A stretch of DNA of 64,000 nt from Octopus sinensis. Taxonomy: Eukaryota. Below, piece by piece: positions 63,642 through 64,000 of this stretch. Positions within the stretch are counted from its first letter, which is position 1; each line of letters opens with the position of its first letter. Under the pieces are notes generated by a model. It did no database searches and had not been told where the DNA came from. It saw nothing but the letters and a program-made list of their open reading frames with translations. The DNA lies in contig NC_043021.1 in assembly GCF_006345805.1 (NCBI RefSeq), positions 4,278,001-4,342,000 of the forward strand, written 5' to 3'. The position numbers and the translations under genes are program-made.

Positions 63642-64000
63642 AGGATGTGCAATGGCCCAGTGGTTAGGGCAGCGGACTCGCGGTCGTAGGATCGCGGTTT
63701 CGATTCCCAGACCGGGCGTTGTGAGTGTTTATTGAGCGAAAACACCTAAAGCCTCCACGTGGCTCCGGCAGGGGATGGTGGTGATCCCTGCTGTACTCTT
63801 TCACCACAACTTTCTCTCGCTCTTACTTCCTGTTTCTCTTGTACCTGTATTTCAAAGGGCCGGCCTTGTCACTCTCTGTGTCACGCTGAATATCCCCGAG
63901 AACTACGTTAAGGGTACACGTGTCTGTGGAGTGCTCAGCCACTTACACGTTAATTTCACGAGCAGGCTGTTCCGTTGGTCGGATCAACTGGAACCCTCAT
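63642..64000 (+). mobile_element. SINE family D (runs off window end)
   Basis: Near-identical to the reverse complement of 51177-51555. Confidence 0.9.

Overview
Eukaryotic, AT-rich, repeat-saturated DNA. The SINE families, LINE mix and microsatellite load point to an Octopus genome (inferred, not verified). The window is mostly intron of one minus-strand gene. Four clean GT-AG, phase-0 exons (61224-61355, 56746-56787, 48628-48807, 47660-47776) encode a coiled-coil region resembling the N-terminus of RIMS-binding proteins (RIM-BP/TSPOAP1 family). A possible alternative first exon lies at 584-664. The introns hold at least four SINE families, RTE, CR1/L2-like and probable R4/Dong LINE fragments, mariner relics, piggyBac-, hAT- and Tigger-like MITEs, Helitron/Helentron-like elements and large microsatellite blocks. 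Nearly all ORFs in the supplied track are simple-repeat or SINE artefacts. Most notable observations: (1) six hammerhead-ribozyme-like motifs of Penelope type in short microsatellite-flanked elements, three sense to the pre-mRNA; (2) a long fold-back about 100 nt from an exon, carrying one of these motifs; (3) a SINE-LINE shared 3' tail with a covarying stem-loop. Coordinates were read by eye; repeat boundaries are approximate.
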